Assembly (NCBI RefSeq): GCF_009914755.1
Contig: NC_060934.1
Direction: 5' to 3' (one strand)
Length of the DNA: 64,000 nt
DNA from: the human T2T-CHM13v2.0 reference genome, Homo sapiens
This document shows positions 38,755 through 56,795 of the stretch, one piece after another. Under the pieces are notes generated by a model. That model was not told the origin of the DNA, did no database searches, and saw only the letters and a program-made list of their open reading frames with translations. A program made the position numbers and the translations under genes. Position 1 is the first letter of the stretch, and every line of letters begins with the position of its first letter.

Positions 38755-41076
38755 AGGAGAAGACCCAAGATGGCTGACCAGACACAGCCAGGAAGAGCAT
38801 CTCCCACTGAGAGACCAGACCATCAAGAAGACGGACACACTCTGAGCATGTCTTTGGAAGGACGGCATTGAGAGTGGACAGAGGGAGGATGTAGACCCTG
38901 GGCTGAAGGAGTAGGAAGCTGGGAAGCCTGCACAGGGCTGCCAAGCATCAGGACTCATTCTTGGTCCCCAGAAATTTTTGGGGAAAGGGTGAGTTAAATA
39001 GGTGAGGAGTGGTCTTATCTCACCATGCACCTCCAGAATCCTAGCTGCAGAAGACCCTATTGTCCTGATAGACATTTGAGCTGGCAGGGAGAGCTGCTTT
39101 AAGAGGTGGCAGGGACAGGGGTCTAGGCTGTGTGGATTCCAGAGGATTTGGCGCTGCAATGACTACAGTGGAGCATGGCCAGCAATGCCCATCCCTCAAG
39201 GCTTGCCATGCTTCTCTAGGTGGCTTTGACCTTTGTTAACTGTCAGGCCTGGACAAAGCAGAGCTGTCAGTGACATCGGGCCAATCTTATCTGCACACCT
39301 CCCTGTCTGCCAGCCTCTCCTGGGGTCCCTGCCTGGCTATGTCTACTTGCAACACAGTCTCCAATGCCCAATTGTGGTGCTTCCTGGTGGCCACTGCCAT
39401 GGTGCCTTTGCCAGCAGACCTCGGCTAACCATCAGAAAGCTTCTGCAGAGGGACCCCACCAATGTGCACCCACCTGCAGCCTCCTCGCACCACTTTGTCA
39501 TTGTGCACTAACTTTCAGCCTCCCCTCAATGCTTTGCCAGCATGTGCACATGGATGCCATCAGGCCACAGCTGGCATGCGCACACAAGGACCCCATAGCA
39601 CCACTGCTGGCATGCATCTGCAGACAGCACTACGCTGCTGCCTTGTCACAGCCAGCACATGCACATGTGCAGAATCCACAGTGCTGCTGCCTAGTCACCA
39701 CTGGCACATGCGGGGACCCTGCTGTCACCACCACCCTGACAAAGCACTTTGCTGGGACCCCCCCAACTGAGTGTTGTTGCCAGCAGACTGGGAGACCCTT
39801 GGCCCCTGCAAGCATAGCAGGTGTTTAACCTCAAGGAGCCAGAGAGAAAAGCCACAGGCCTGGCCCCATAGGAAGAAGATTGAAACTGGACCCCCCTTCC
39901 TTTCACCACATGTAAAAATCAACCCAAGATGGATCAAAGACTTAAATGTAAAACCTACAACTATAAAAACCCTAGAAGGAAACCTAGGAAATACCCTTCT
40001 GGACACATGCCCTGGCAAAGATTTCATAACAAAGACCCCAAAAGCATTGCAACAGAAACAAAAATTGACAAGTGGAATCTAATTAAATTAAGGAGCTTCT
40101 GCACAAGAAAAGAAACTATCAACAGAGTAAAGAGACGACCTATAGAATGGGAGAGAATATGCACAAACTATGCATCCAACAAAGGTCTAGTATCCAGCAT
40201 CTATATGGAACTCAAATCAATAAGCAAAAAACAACCCCATTAAAAAATGAGCAAAAGACATGAACAGACACTTCTCAAAAGAACACATACATGCGGCCAA
40301 CAAGCATATGAAAAAAATGCTTAACATCTCTAATCATTAGAGAAATTCAAATCAAAACCACAATGAGATACCATCTCATACCAGTCAGAATGGCCATTGT
40401 TAAAAAGTAAAAAATAACAGATCCTAGTGAGGTTGTAGAGAAAAGGGAAGGCTTATACACTGCTGGTTGGAATGTAAATTAGTTCAGCCACTCTGGGAAG
40501 CAGTTTAGAGATTGGTTCTCAAAGAACTTAAAACAGAGCTACCATTTGACCCAGGAACCCCATTACTGGTTATATAGCCAAAGGAATATAAATCATCCTA
40601 CCATAAAGACACATGCATGTGCATGTTCATCACAGCACTATTGACAATAGCAAAGACATAGAGTCAACAAAGATGCCTATCAACAGTGGACTGGATAAAG
40701 AAAATGTGGTACATATATATCATAGAATACTATGCAGCCATAAAAAGAATGAACTCATGTCCTTTGCAGCAACATGGACAGAGCTAGCAGCCATTATCCT
40801 AAGCAAATTAATGCAGGAACAGAAAACCAAATACCACATGTTCTCACTTATAAGTGGGAGCTAAATATTGAGCTCACATGAACACAAAGAAGGGAACAAT
40901 AGACACTGGGGCCTACTTGAGGGTGGAGAATGGGTGGAGGTGAGGATCAAAAAACTATCAGGTAATATGCTGTCACTACCTGGGTGACAAAATAATTTGT
41001 ACACCTAACTCCCATGACACACAATTTACCCATCTAACAGACCTCCACATGTACCCAAAATAATAGAAAAAAAAGT
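38755..41076 (+). mobile_element. Old L1PA/L1PB with 5'UTR joined directly to the ORF2 3' end (large internal deletion)
   Basis: 5' 'cccaagatggctgacc'; junction ~39870 into 'aagaagattgaaactggacccc'; degenerate TSD aaaacaattgacttttg / aaaacatgtaacttttg. Confidence 0.85.
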
Positions 41077-42403
41077 AAAACATGTAACTTTTGTACATTA
41101 ACCTTGTATCCTGCAACCTTGCCATAACTGCTAGTCTGACAATTCCAACATCCCTGTTGTATCTGAATTTAGTTGTAATGCTTGCTCTGTCTCTTCACTT
41201 TTTTTTGTCTGTTAGTGTGCATTGTAATATTTTATTAAAAGCCAGACATGATATACTAGGAAAAGAAACTCCAGTAAATGGGTCTCTAATTTTGTGGCGA
41301 ATAAGTATGAGGGAAAAAAAGTCTTCTATAATCTTATGGTTAGATCTCAATCTTTTGGTGATCCTGTGTCCCTGGACTATGAACTTCTCCAGTGCTTCTC
41401 AGTTTTTTCCCTTCTTATGTGGGGCAGGATGGCTAGACGGGGCTGGAGTTGGGTATTTCCCTTCATGTAGGCTTGTTAGGCTCTGATAAAACCCTAGTCG
41501 GTTTGGCTCTGGTAAAAAGTACGTGTCCTGAGAGCAGACCTTGTTAAGAAGAACAGACTGCTCTGGCATATTTTGAAGTGGTTCCTTTTTCCTTTCCCTC
41601 TCTTAGGAACATAAAGGGATTTTTTTCTCCACTATTCATTGTGAGAACCTGGTACAGCTCCTGGAGGCAAAACTCACAAAAGTGTGGAAACTCCCTATAA
41701 CTGAGCCTCCTTGGTGGTTTTATCCTTCAGACGTGTCCTCACTGAGGTTCCAGCAATTCACTAATTGCAATTCAGGTTTTCTTATCCTGGTTAAAAAGGT
41801 TTCTGCTTCATTAAGTTGTGATTCCCTATCTTTACCTGTTTCTCCAGTTTTGGGGGCAGCAGTTTGCCCTGTGACGTCTTTTCTATGAAGTATCTAAGAA
41901 GAGTTATTTTTCAACTTGTTCAGCTTTTTACTTGTTGTTAGGATGGAGTGACAGTTTCTGAGATTTTTACATGTTAGACTGGAAATTGGAAGGTCCGTTT
42001 AAAAAATTTTTTATCTTCCTTACCTCAGAAAAGGTATTTATCTCTTCATTGCTCTCTTTTGGACTGGTGACTTATAGCATCCTTCCATTTGTGTCAGTCA
42101 TTTATCTTATTTTAATAATTTAAACTTTTTTCTAAAATATGTATACCATAAGAGAATCAAGTAATAAATTCATTTGTTTAATAACTAGGTATGTCTATGA
42201 AATAGCAGATTTTCACGTATACACTGAGGAGAACTATTGTCTTTATTTTTATGCTTTAAGTATGTACTATATTTTAATATGTCAGTGCAACTTACTGTGG
42301 ACATGTGATTGTTACAAAAATTAGAGAAAATATTTTTGTCCAGTTAAACAATATATAGTTTGTCTTTCTTTTATAGTGAACTACAAAAGTATCTCTTGTT
42401 CAG

Positions 42404-42509
42404 AACTTGAATATGTATTGAATGAAATACCAAAATGAAAATATTTGAGAGCAAGTATTCTTTTTAAAGTTTACTTTTTAAACAGTGTTTACTACAAAAT
42501 ATGTTACAG
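42404..42509 (+). pseudogene. Highly decayed pseudo-exon copy 5
   Basis: Unit-type upstream motif 'aaaagtatctcttgttcag|' and 'cag|gtaatt' donor; LEYVLNEIPK* then stop. Confidence 0.35.
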
Positions 42510-42984
42510 GTAATTTCATAAGACTTACGTGTAAATTTTAACAAATAAGCATGAAGCAAAACTAGGATAACCACCACTTAGGTCAAGAAATAGAGTTCTA
42601 CTCTCACATAAAATCTTCAGTGTATCTCTCACAATTTCCTCCATCCTCACAGTGGCAATAGTTATATTGATTTTAAGATAACAGTTTTCTTGTTTCCTCT
42701 TATTTTGGTCAAAACATATGTAATTGCCAATATTCAACTATTTTTGACCTATAAGAAAATGACAAATTCATGTGGTTCAACCTAATAGTTTTACCATTTC
42801 AGTATGTAATTATAATATAATTTTTGAAGATTTTAAGAATAAATAATTCTCTAAATATCCTTTCTCATCTTGCTTTTTAAAATTTAATGTAATGTAAGAC
42901 ATGTAACCATATTTTGTTTATTTTCATTGCTGTATGAAGGCACTACTGTTTGTTTATCCAGTCTGCTAGTTATGGGTATATAAG

Positions 42985-45270
42985 TCATGATCTTGTTGGA
43001 AAAGAGATAGCACAAATTGGGTTTCATTTGAGTTTAATAAAGTGACATACTCTTTACAAAGGAGGGGTGTCCAGCAAAAACATAAGGAAAACTTTAATAA
43101 TCTCGAGGCAGAAAAAGTGGGATAATGTTACTACCCCTAACCTTGAAGAGGAAAGGAGAAGGAATGGTTATTGGAGACCTAGGTAAAAGAGAGCTCTATG
43201 GAGAGAGTAGTGTAATAAGAGGTAAGAGGTCTGGGAAAGGTACATGCCCACTGCTGTGATGCTGCAGGGAAGAAACCATGGAAATACATTCCTTGATCTC
43301 ATTGTATTTCCTCCCTCTGATCTCCTGCCATGGTTCCACTGGCTGAATTCACCTGGAAGCCAGAGAGCAAGCAAGCCCATTGATTCACTCTTTGGAGGTT
43401 CACTCTTTGAAACATACAGTAACTGGAGAAAGTTGGAGAGTAAATCTGGAAGGTAAAATAAGAGATGTCTTCTCAGTTTACTTTGTTTGGCCTTCAATAT
43501 TCTCACATTGTTTATCATTCAGGTGATGAAAATGTGTCTCCAACCCAAGAAACATTAAGCCCTATTAGAATCCATAATATTTCAGAGTAATTTCAACTGG
43601 GTCTTACTCCCATTTGTAACCTACAACATTCATTGTTCAGCATCAATGTTCTTTATATAAAGTGGCAGAGGATAAAAGGGGGTAGTGGTATAAGAAATAA
43701 TTAATGGACAGAAATCATTGCCACAGTTGCCATTTCTATAACTAGTTATGAAGGCAATTAATTATAGCTACCTTCCTCCATTGCCCCTCCATGTTCTCAC
43801 TAGTCTTTGCCTCCACCTTGGCTGCACAATATTTTTTTATCTGGTAAGGTAACCCAAACCTTTATTGTTATGAAAGCTGATACCTTAGTGGTTTTGTTAA
43901 ATTTCTGCAGTCCTCTATTTATCTAGTATTTTGAGCAAGGGAGTATTTAAAGGTAGCCCAGTGAACCCCCAGGGATCAAAATTAGTCCTTCTTGCCTCCA
44001 TTAATTAGGAGAAACTTACTTCTTTCCAATTATTGAGATCAAGCCAGTACCGAAACTTTTTTCTCTGTGTCGATTTATTTAATGGCATGGGATCCCAAAT
44101 GCCAAGATGGCAGTCTCAGCTTCTAGTTTATTGGAAGCATGAATATTTGGTGGGAGCATTCTTCCTTTGAGCACCAGGAAGAATGCTTTTGCATGGAGCT
44201 TGCTTAATGAAAGTCATTGGGAAATCAAGTAAAAGTTCTTTAAGTGGGTTATTAAGGCATATGTGATATGAGATTGGTAGGCTATGGCATAGATAGGGCC
44301 ATATATTGGCTTTCATTTTAAAGCATATATGATATCCTGTAAATCAAGACTGTAGCCTCTCAGGGTGTTTTCTATCAGAAGTCATAGTAACCAAGACTTC
44401 ACCTAGCCATTTCACTGTTCCATCAGACTTGCTGCTTGTGGGTAATGGGGGCTTGTGCTGATACCAGTGAATTTTATAGGCATGAACTCATTATGACACA
44501 TCAGTTGCATAAAACATGCCCCTGGTTAGAGATGATGTATAGGATACTATGGCAGTCGAAAAGATATTCTTCAAGTTTATGAACCACAATATTGGTAGAA
44601 GTTCTATAGGCAGAGAACGTGATTCAGTGCCTATAATAAATGCCTAACTCACTGAAGGCAGTTCGCTTGCCTCTGTATGATAGAAAATTTACAGTAGTCC
44701 ATCTGCAACCAGATGTTTTGCTAATTCTTCTGGAAAATGATGCTATACTTGGAGGCTCAACTTTGGCCTACGCTTTTGACAATTTCAGCACTCAGCAGAG
44801 GCAATATCCATATTATTTTTGATAGGAAAAACCCTATACCATTAAGTTTATTCAAAAGCCAGTGTCACCGTGGCCTCTTGGTACTTAAGTCCATGGAATA
44901 AGCACTAATGTAGCTGAGGCATGAGGTTGACTAGTATTTATAGCCCTCTAATTGAGAGCTAACACTATGGTAAATGCCTTCCTATGCACATTTACATGGG
45001 GGATGGATAACTTTATACACTATCATCCTATTCTGGAAAATCATAGACAAAACTCCCCAAGACATGCCTGTCACCATTTTTTCAACCTTTTTCCCCCAAG
45101 TCTTCAACTGATTACCTGGCGAATTCCATTAGCTCCTGCCTACAAATCAATGTAAATCTAAATCTCAAACCATCTCTAGTCCCACGTATAGTGGAGTCTT
45201 AGTTGTACTCCTCAAATTTCTGTTCACAAGAAGGATTTCTTCTTGCTATTGTCTTTCAGGTCCCCCCTTT
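42985..45270 (-). mobile_element. Old ERVL/MaLR-class LTR (~42985-43460) plus internal integrase/pol remnant
   Basis: Minus strand ~44405-44450 reads PHYPQAASLMEQ*NG (integrase HPQAAGLIERWNG-like). Confidence 0.6.
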
Positions 45271-45834
45271 TGTGTGACTACAATACAGTGTCAAATAATG
45301 GCTTAATATATAAAATAGGACAAGCAGTCTAGTACAAAAATTGGGAAAAGATAGAAATAGGCCTGTGAAAAGTTTGCTTCTCAATGTTATTAGTGGGAGT
45401 ATATAATGATTTAAAATACTCTTAATTATTTAAAAATATATCAATGATATTACATATCTGTACCCATAAGATTTCTGAAGTATTTCAATGTCTAGATTTT
45501 TCCTTAAGAGTTAGCACCTTCTCACTTACCTTGGTCTCAGACCCCTGTCCTTAACTTTCCATATTTGTTATTATGTAATTTTTTTTCCTGAGGTTTTTGA
45601 GTTGAATAAAGGAGAGGGATGACAACTTGTATTTAGTCCACTGACTTGTTCACATGTGCTAATTTTGTTACAACTTACAAGAGATTAATTGATGGTTATT
45701 CAGCTATGCAATTTAATATGGGAAATTACTAGCTTAATAAAATGAAGAAGGGAATATGTCATTTCTCAATATGTTTTACGTTTTTAGAGTAGATGTATTT
45801 TCTTTTCAATGTATTTCAAACATCTATTTTGTAG

Positions 45835-45942
45835 CTCTGAAGGTGGCTCAGATGATAGGTAAAAGTCTTTTGCCAATGGACTCAAAATCAGAAGATGAGC
45901 TTCAAATTAAGAAACATAAAATTGCCCAAGTGGAAACACATA
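45835..45942 (+). CDS. Candidate cassette exon (108 nt, phase 1-1, open), LKVAQMIGKSLLPMDSKSEDELQIKKHKIAQVETH
   Basis: 'catctattttgtag|ct' acceptor like other array members; weak donor 'A|gtgtgt'; no stop; usage unknown. Confidence 0.45.
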
Positions 45943-46069
45943 GTGTGTAAAATATTAGCAAATAACCTTAAGTTATAGTCATATTCATATTCAGAAGAAT
46001 AAGTTTGGAATGTGGTCATAAATAGATATTAAACAAACCAGTTTTGATTTTTATATCTGGACCCTTACA

Positions 46070-46280
46070 ATAATAACAGCAAACATTTTCTTATTAATAT
46101 TTATTGAGCCTTTATTATCAAATATTTAATAAATAATCCACAAAGAATTTCTATGAGGGAAATACTGAAATACTACTACTATTACTATTTAGGAGATGAG
46201 GAGAGTAAGACATGGAGTAACTGCCTAAAGTCACATCATTACAGATGGATTTCAAACCCGGATAATCTAGCTCTTTATTC
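46070..46280 (-). mobile_element. MIR SINE remnant
   Basis: 'atttattgagc...agatgaggagagtaagac...gtaactgcctaaagtcaca...ggatttcaaaccc'. Confidence 0.7.
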
Positions 46281-46799
46281 TGTTGTGATCACTCCAGGAA
46301 AACTATAGGAAATCTTAGAAGAATCTGACTATATTTGGCTTTAAAGTATATAATGAGATAGTTTCCTTGAACCTCTCACGCAAACTCTTCTTTCGCTCTT
46401 GCTATTTCTTTTGCTACCATTTCTCTGTGGCTACCAGAAATTCTTAAATTACTCTTAGAACATGCAATTGTGTTACCTTAACAATTATGGTATGTTCCTC
46501 AATTTCAGATTTTTAAGTGACAAGAAATGTTGAAAATTGATTGAAAAAATGACATTTACATGTTTTCTTAATTGTTTATTTTTTCATAAATTTCGTTTTT
46601 TGTGAGTAGATATACATCTGTTCCTGATTTTTTTTAAACAATGAAACAAATGATTTTTTTAACGTGTTGGAGAAAATCTCTTACTAATATCCCAATACCA
46701 TGTTTCATGATGAAATGAAATGTTCAATTAAAGTTAAAAATAAGATAAAATTCCTATTGCTGCTAAAGTAAGTATTGTTGTAAAATGTATAACCAATGT

Positions 46800-47350
46800 A
46801 ATAAAAAAGAAAACCTGTTATTATAAATATTAGAAGAAATGATACAACACGATTATTACTTACAGATTATTAGATTTTGACTTTTAAAGCTTAAAAGAAT
46901 CAAATAAAAGAAAATTTAATATCAGTATGATGTTCAGCAATGTGGCTAACACAAATTTGGCAAAGGAAAACAAAAACATTTCTATATATCCCAGTAGTGA
47001 AAAGAGCACAAAAATAATAAAATAACTGATAAATAAACACTAGGAAATATGTGGCCTCATATGATGGAAACAATGAACTTTAATGACTAAAGAAATGTTG
47101 ACTACATAGGGAGATATTTCATGCTCATGAGTGAAAGACTCTTAAAAGTAATGGGTAAATAACTTACTTCCAATCAAAATACCAGTGGTTGATTATTGCT
47201 TTTGGTGTTGATGAAATTTTATAAATATGATTCTAAAACTTGGCAACAATAACATATTTCAGTATGAAAATAATTGATTAAAGAAAGAGGATAAGGCAGT
47301 GGCACTTGATCTAACTGCATATTAAAAAGCTGCATTATAAAATAATAAAC
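46800..47350 (+). mobile_element. Very old L1M ORF2 fragment
   Basis: Degenerate 'ggagatatttcatgctcatgagtgaaagactc', 'atgattctaaaa'. Confidence 0.5.
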
Positions 47351-47352
47351 AT

Positions 47353-53473
<6,121 letters not shown>

Positions 53474-53989
53474 GATATTACAAAAAAAAAGAACACCCAA
53501 AGCAAGATGGCTCCGGAAGGTTCAAAATAAAAATTATCACCCCACCCTGCACACACAAGACAAATTGAAATGGAAAGTAAATAGAAGATAGAAGTATGCC
53601 TTCACCTTAATTCTGACTTCCTCAACATATATTTTCAGCTGAACTATGAGAGAAGACCCCAAATTGTGTGCTAGTCATGGTGATATTCAGTATATTTAAC
53701 AACTGGTATGGCAATATATTAATAATGTAACGTATGAATTCAGAAATGGAAGTAATTGTATTTTATTCTCTAAAAGTAACTATTATGGCACTCCCAATCA
53801 TTGTGAGTTTCAGGCTATAATAAATTCACTAGACAAAACAGACTTTAAACTAATACTACATTTATTTGGCTTCTTAACATAATACAGAAGAGGGAATACA
53901 GAAAGCACAGTGTCTCTCTCACTGGGGCACCCAGCAGTTACCACATACCTTGTTTCTTTTGTTCTTTTCACCTATATTGACCATGTGCA

Positions 53990-54574
53990 GCTACTAATAA
54001 AGGAATAAAAGGGTATATGGTACTTGATACAGAACAAAGAGAGCACTGATACCGTGGCATCATATGGCAATAGGACACAAAATATCACCACTGGATACTC
54101 CTAATCAAATACTTAAAAATAGCAGGTTTCTGAGTGACCATGTCTTTGATACCTTAACATACTTTTGCCAAAGTAATGAGTGTAATGAGATTAGCTGGTT
54201 ACTCTTATTATGTTAGACAAAGTGGGGAAAGAAAAGTATGAGCTTGGAATTCAGATTTCCAGCCCAAGAGCCTCATAATGACCTAAAACTTTCTATGACT
54301 ACCCTGAAAGAAACCCTGGTCTGCTATAGCTACAAATTGCTGAAAACTAGCTCAGATTGCTGAAAACCATATCCAGAGTCTCATCCTGTGAGTGGCTGAA
54401 TTATAATGCAAGTTGAATTCCCAATTTTATAGGATATCTTCTGTTAAAATGAGAGCATCGATTAGGATAGAACAAAATCCTAAAAACTGGAATGAGGAAA
54501 TATGGGAAGATCCTAATGAAGCTAGGGATGTTTACCTCTAAACTCTGCTGGGTCCTCCTTGCCTTTGGAAGCAG
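53990..54574 (+). mobile_element. ERVL (HERV-L/ERVL-E-like) gag, 5' part
   Basis: 'ggtggctgaattataatgcaagttgaattccc'-type gag sequence; resumes at 56796 after the nested L1. Confidence 0.7.
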
Positions 54575-56790
54575 AATTTGTAGAGACTGATGTCAGCAAC
54601 ATGGTGGAATAGGAGGTTCCTTACTTTTCTCTCTCCCACAGATGCAGAGAATAAACATTTCCACATGGATCAATTCTCTCTGAGAGCCAGAAAGTGGTTG
54701 AGCGACTCCTACACATTGGGAAACTGAAAAAATATCCACATATTGGGTAGGGAAAGCAAAGACTCATGCACAAACTGCATCCTAAGCACAGTGTCATACA
54801 ATTGGGAAATAATCCACAACTGATAACTTCTTCCTGAGGAATAAAGGGTTTGGACCACATATAGTGTTCCGCAACATTTACAGTTTCTGTCAGAAGGTTT
54901 GGCTCTTAAATCACCTACTTCAGGGAGTGGAGGGAACTTGGAAGTCATGAGTTTGCCTGGAGAAGAGAGAACAAACAGATGGTTTTGAATGAGTGTGCGA
55001 GCACTTCTCATGGCTAGCTATAGGTCCCCAGAATCTAGTTTATTCCTGGAAGTGGTTTGTTGGCACACTCTTCCAGAAGCTGCCTGATATATATATAATA
55101 AATATATATATACTACCCAGAGTCACATAGATTCAACACAGTGCTTATCAATATTCCAATTACATTTTTAGAGAAACAGAAAACAAAAATTCTATAACTT
55201 CTATGGAATCACAAAAGACATCAAGTAGCCAAAACAGTCTTTAAAAAGAAAAACAAAGTTGCAGGCATCACACTTTCTGGTTTCAAATTGTATTACAAAG
55301 TGATTTTAAAATATAAAAATATTTTAAAAATATTTTTAAAAAACAACTATGGTACTGGTATAAAAACAGATGTACAAACTGATGGAAGAGAATAGATGAC
55401 CCAGAAATAAACCCAAGCATTTATGTCAATTAATTTTTCACAAGAGCATCAAGAAGACACAATGGGAGAATGACCATCTCTTTAACAAATAGTGTTGGGA
55501 AATTTGAATACTCAAACGCAAAATAATGAAACTGGAACTTATTTTATAACATTCACAAAAATAAACTTAAAATGGATTGAAGACCTAAACATAATACCTT
55601 TAACTATAAAACTCTTGAAGAAAACATAAGGGAAAAACTTCTTGATATTGATCTTGGCAATAATTTTTAGATAGCTCACCAAGAGCACAGGACACAAAAG
55701 CAAAAGTATACAAGTGGAAGTATAATAAAACTAAAAATTTTCTGGACAAAGGAAATAATGCAGAAAATGAAAAGAGAGCCAACAGATTCAGAGAAAACAT
55801 TCGTGAATCATATATTGTTAGGTAAGCAGTTGATATTCAAAATATGTAAGGAACTCACAAACTTAACAGCAAAATGACAATAATAAAAGTCTGACAAAAA
55901 TGGGCAAAGAACCTAAATAGACATTTTTTGAAATGAAACATACAAATGGTCAACAGGCATATGAAAAGATGCTCAACATCACTAATCATCAGGGAAATCC
56001 AAATAAAAACCATGAGTTATCATCACACACCTATTAGGATGGCTATCATCAAAAACATAACATATGTTGGTGAGGTTATGGAGAAACAGAATCCTTACAT
56101 ACTGTTCAGGTGGTGAAAAACAATAGGGAGTTTCTTTAAAAAATTAAAAATAGAATTACCATATAACCCAGCAATTCCCCTTCTGGGTACATACGCAAAG
56201 GAAATGAAATAAATACCTAGTAAAGATATCTGCATCCCCGTGTCCATGTAACAGTACTCACAATAACCAAGATATGAAAACAACGTGTCTGTCAGTGGAT
56301 GTATCGATAAAGAAATTGTGGTGTTCTCATACAATGGAATAGTATTCTTCCTTTTAAAAAGGAGATACTACCATTCTCAACAACATGAATGAACCTGGAA
56401 GACATGCTAAGTGAAATAAGCCAGGCACATAAAGAAAAATTCTACATGATCTCACATATATGTTGAATCTAAAAAGTCATATTCATAGAAGTGGAAGGTA
56501 AAATGGTGGTTACCTGAGGCTGAGGGAAGGGGGACAAATGGGGAGATGTTACAAAAGGGCACAAAATTTCAGTTAGATAGGAGTATTAATTTCTGGACAG
56601 CTACTGTATAGCATGGTCATTATAGTTAATATTCTGTATACTTGAAAATTGCTAAGAGAGTAGACTTTATTCTCACTATAAAAAGGGATATGTGAGGTGA
56701 TAGATATATTAATTAACTTGATTTAATCATTCTGCAATGTATACATATATCAAAACACCACTCATACCCCATAAATATATACAATAAAAA
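54575..56790 (+). mobile_element. L1MA-type element, 5'UTR joined to ORF2 3' end and 3'UTR
   Basis: 5' 'cagcaacatggtggaataggagg'; junction at a (TA)n patch ~55088-55112; short flanking repeat gaagcag. Confidence 0.8.
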
Positions 56791-56795
56791 GACAG

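Larger units (their letters stand above)
34885..41995 (-). mobile_element. Ancient L1MC/MD-type element hosting four nested insertions
   Basis: 3'UTR at 34885-35300; ORF2 relics (ORFs 37243..37464 and 37690..37947) resume across each nested insertion; 5' region ~41100-41995. Confidence 0.75.

Noticed and set aside
38626-40027. Cluster of GC-richer overlapping ORFs of 100-177 aa
   Set aside because: They lie in the 5'UTR of an old L1; stop-poor because of composition.
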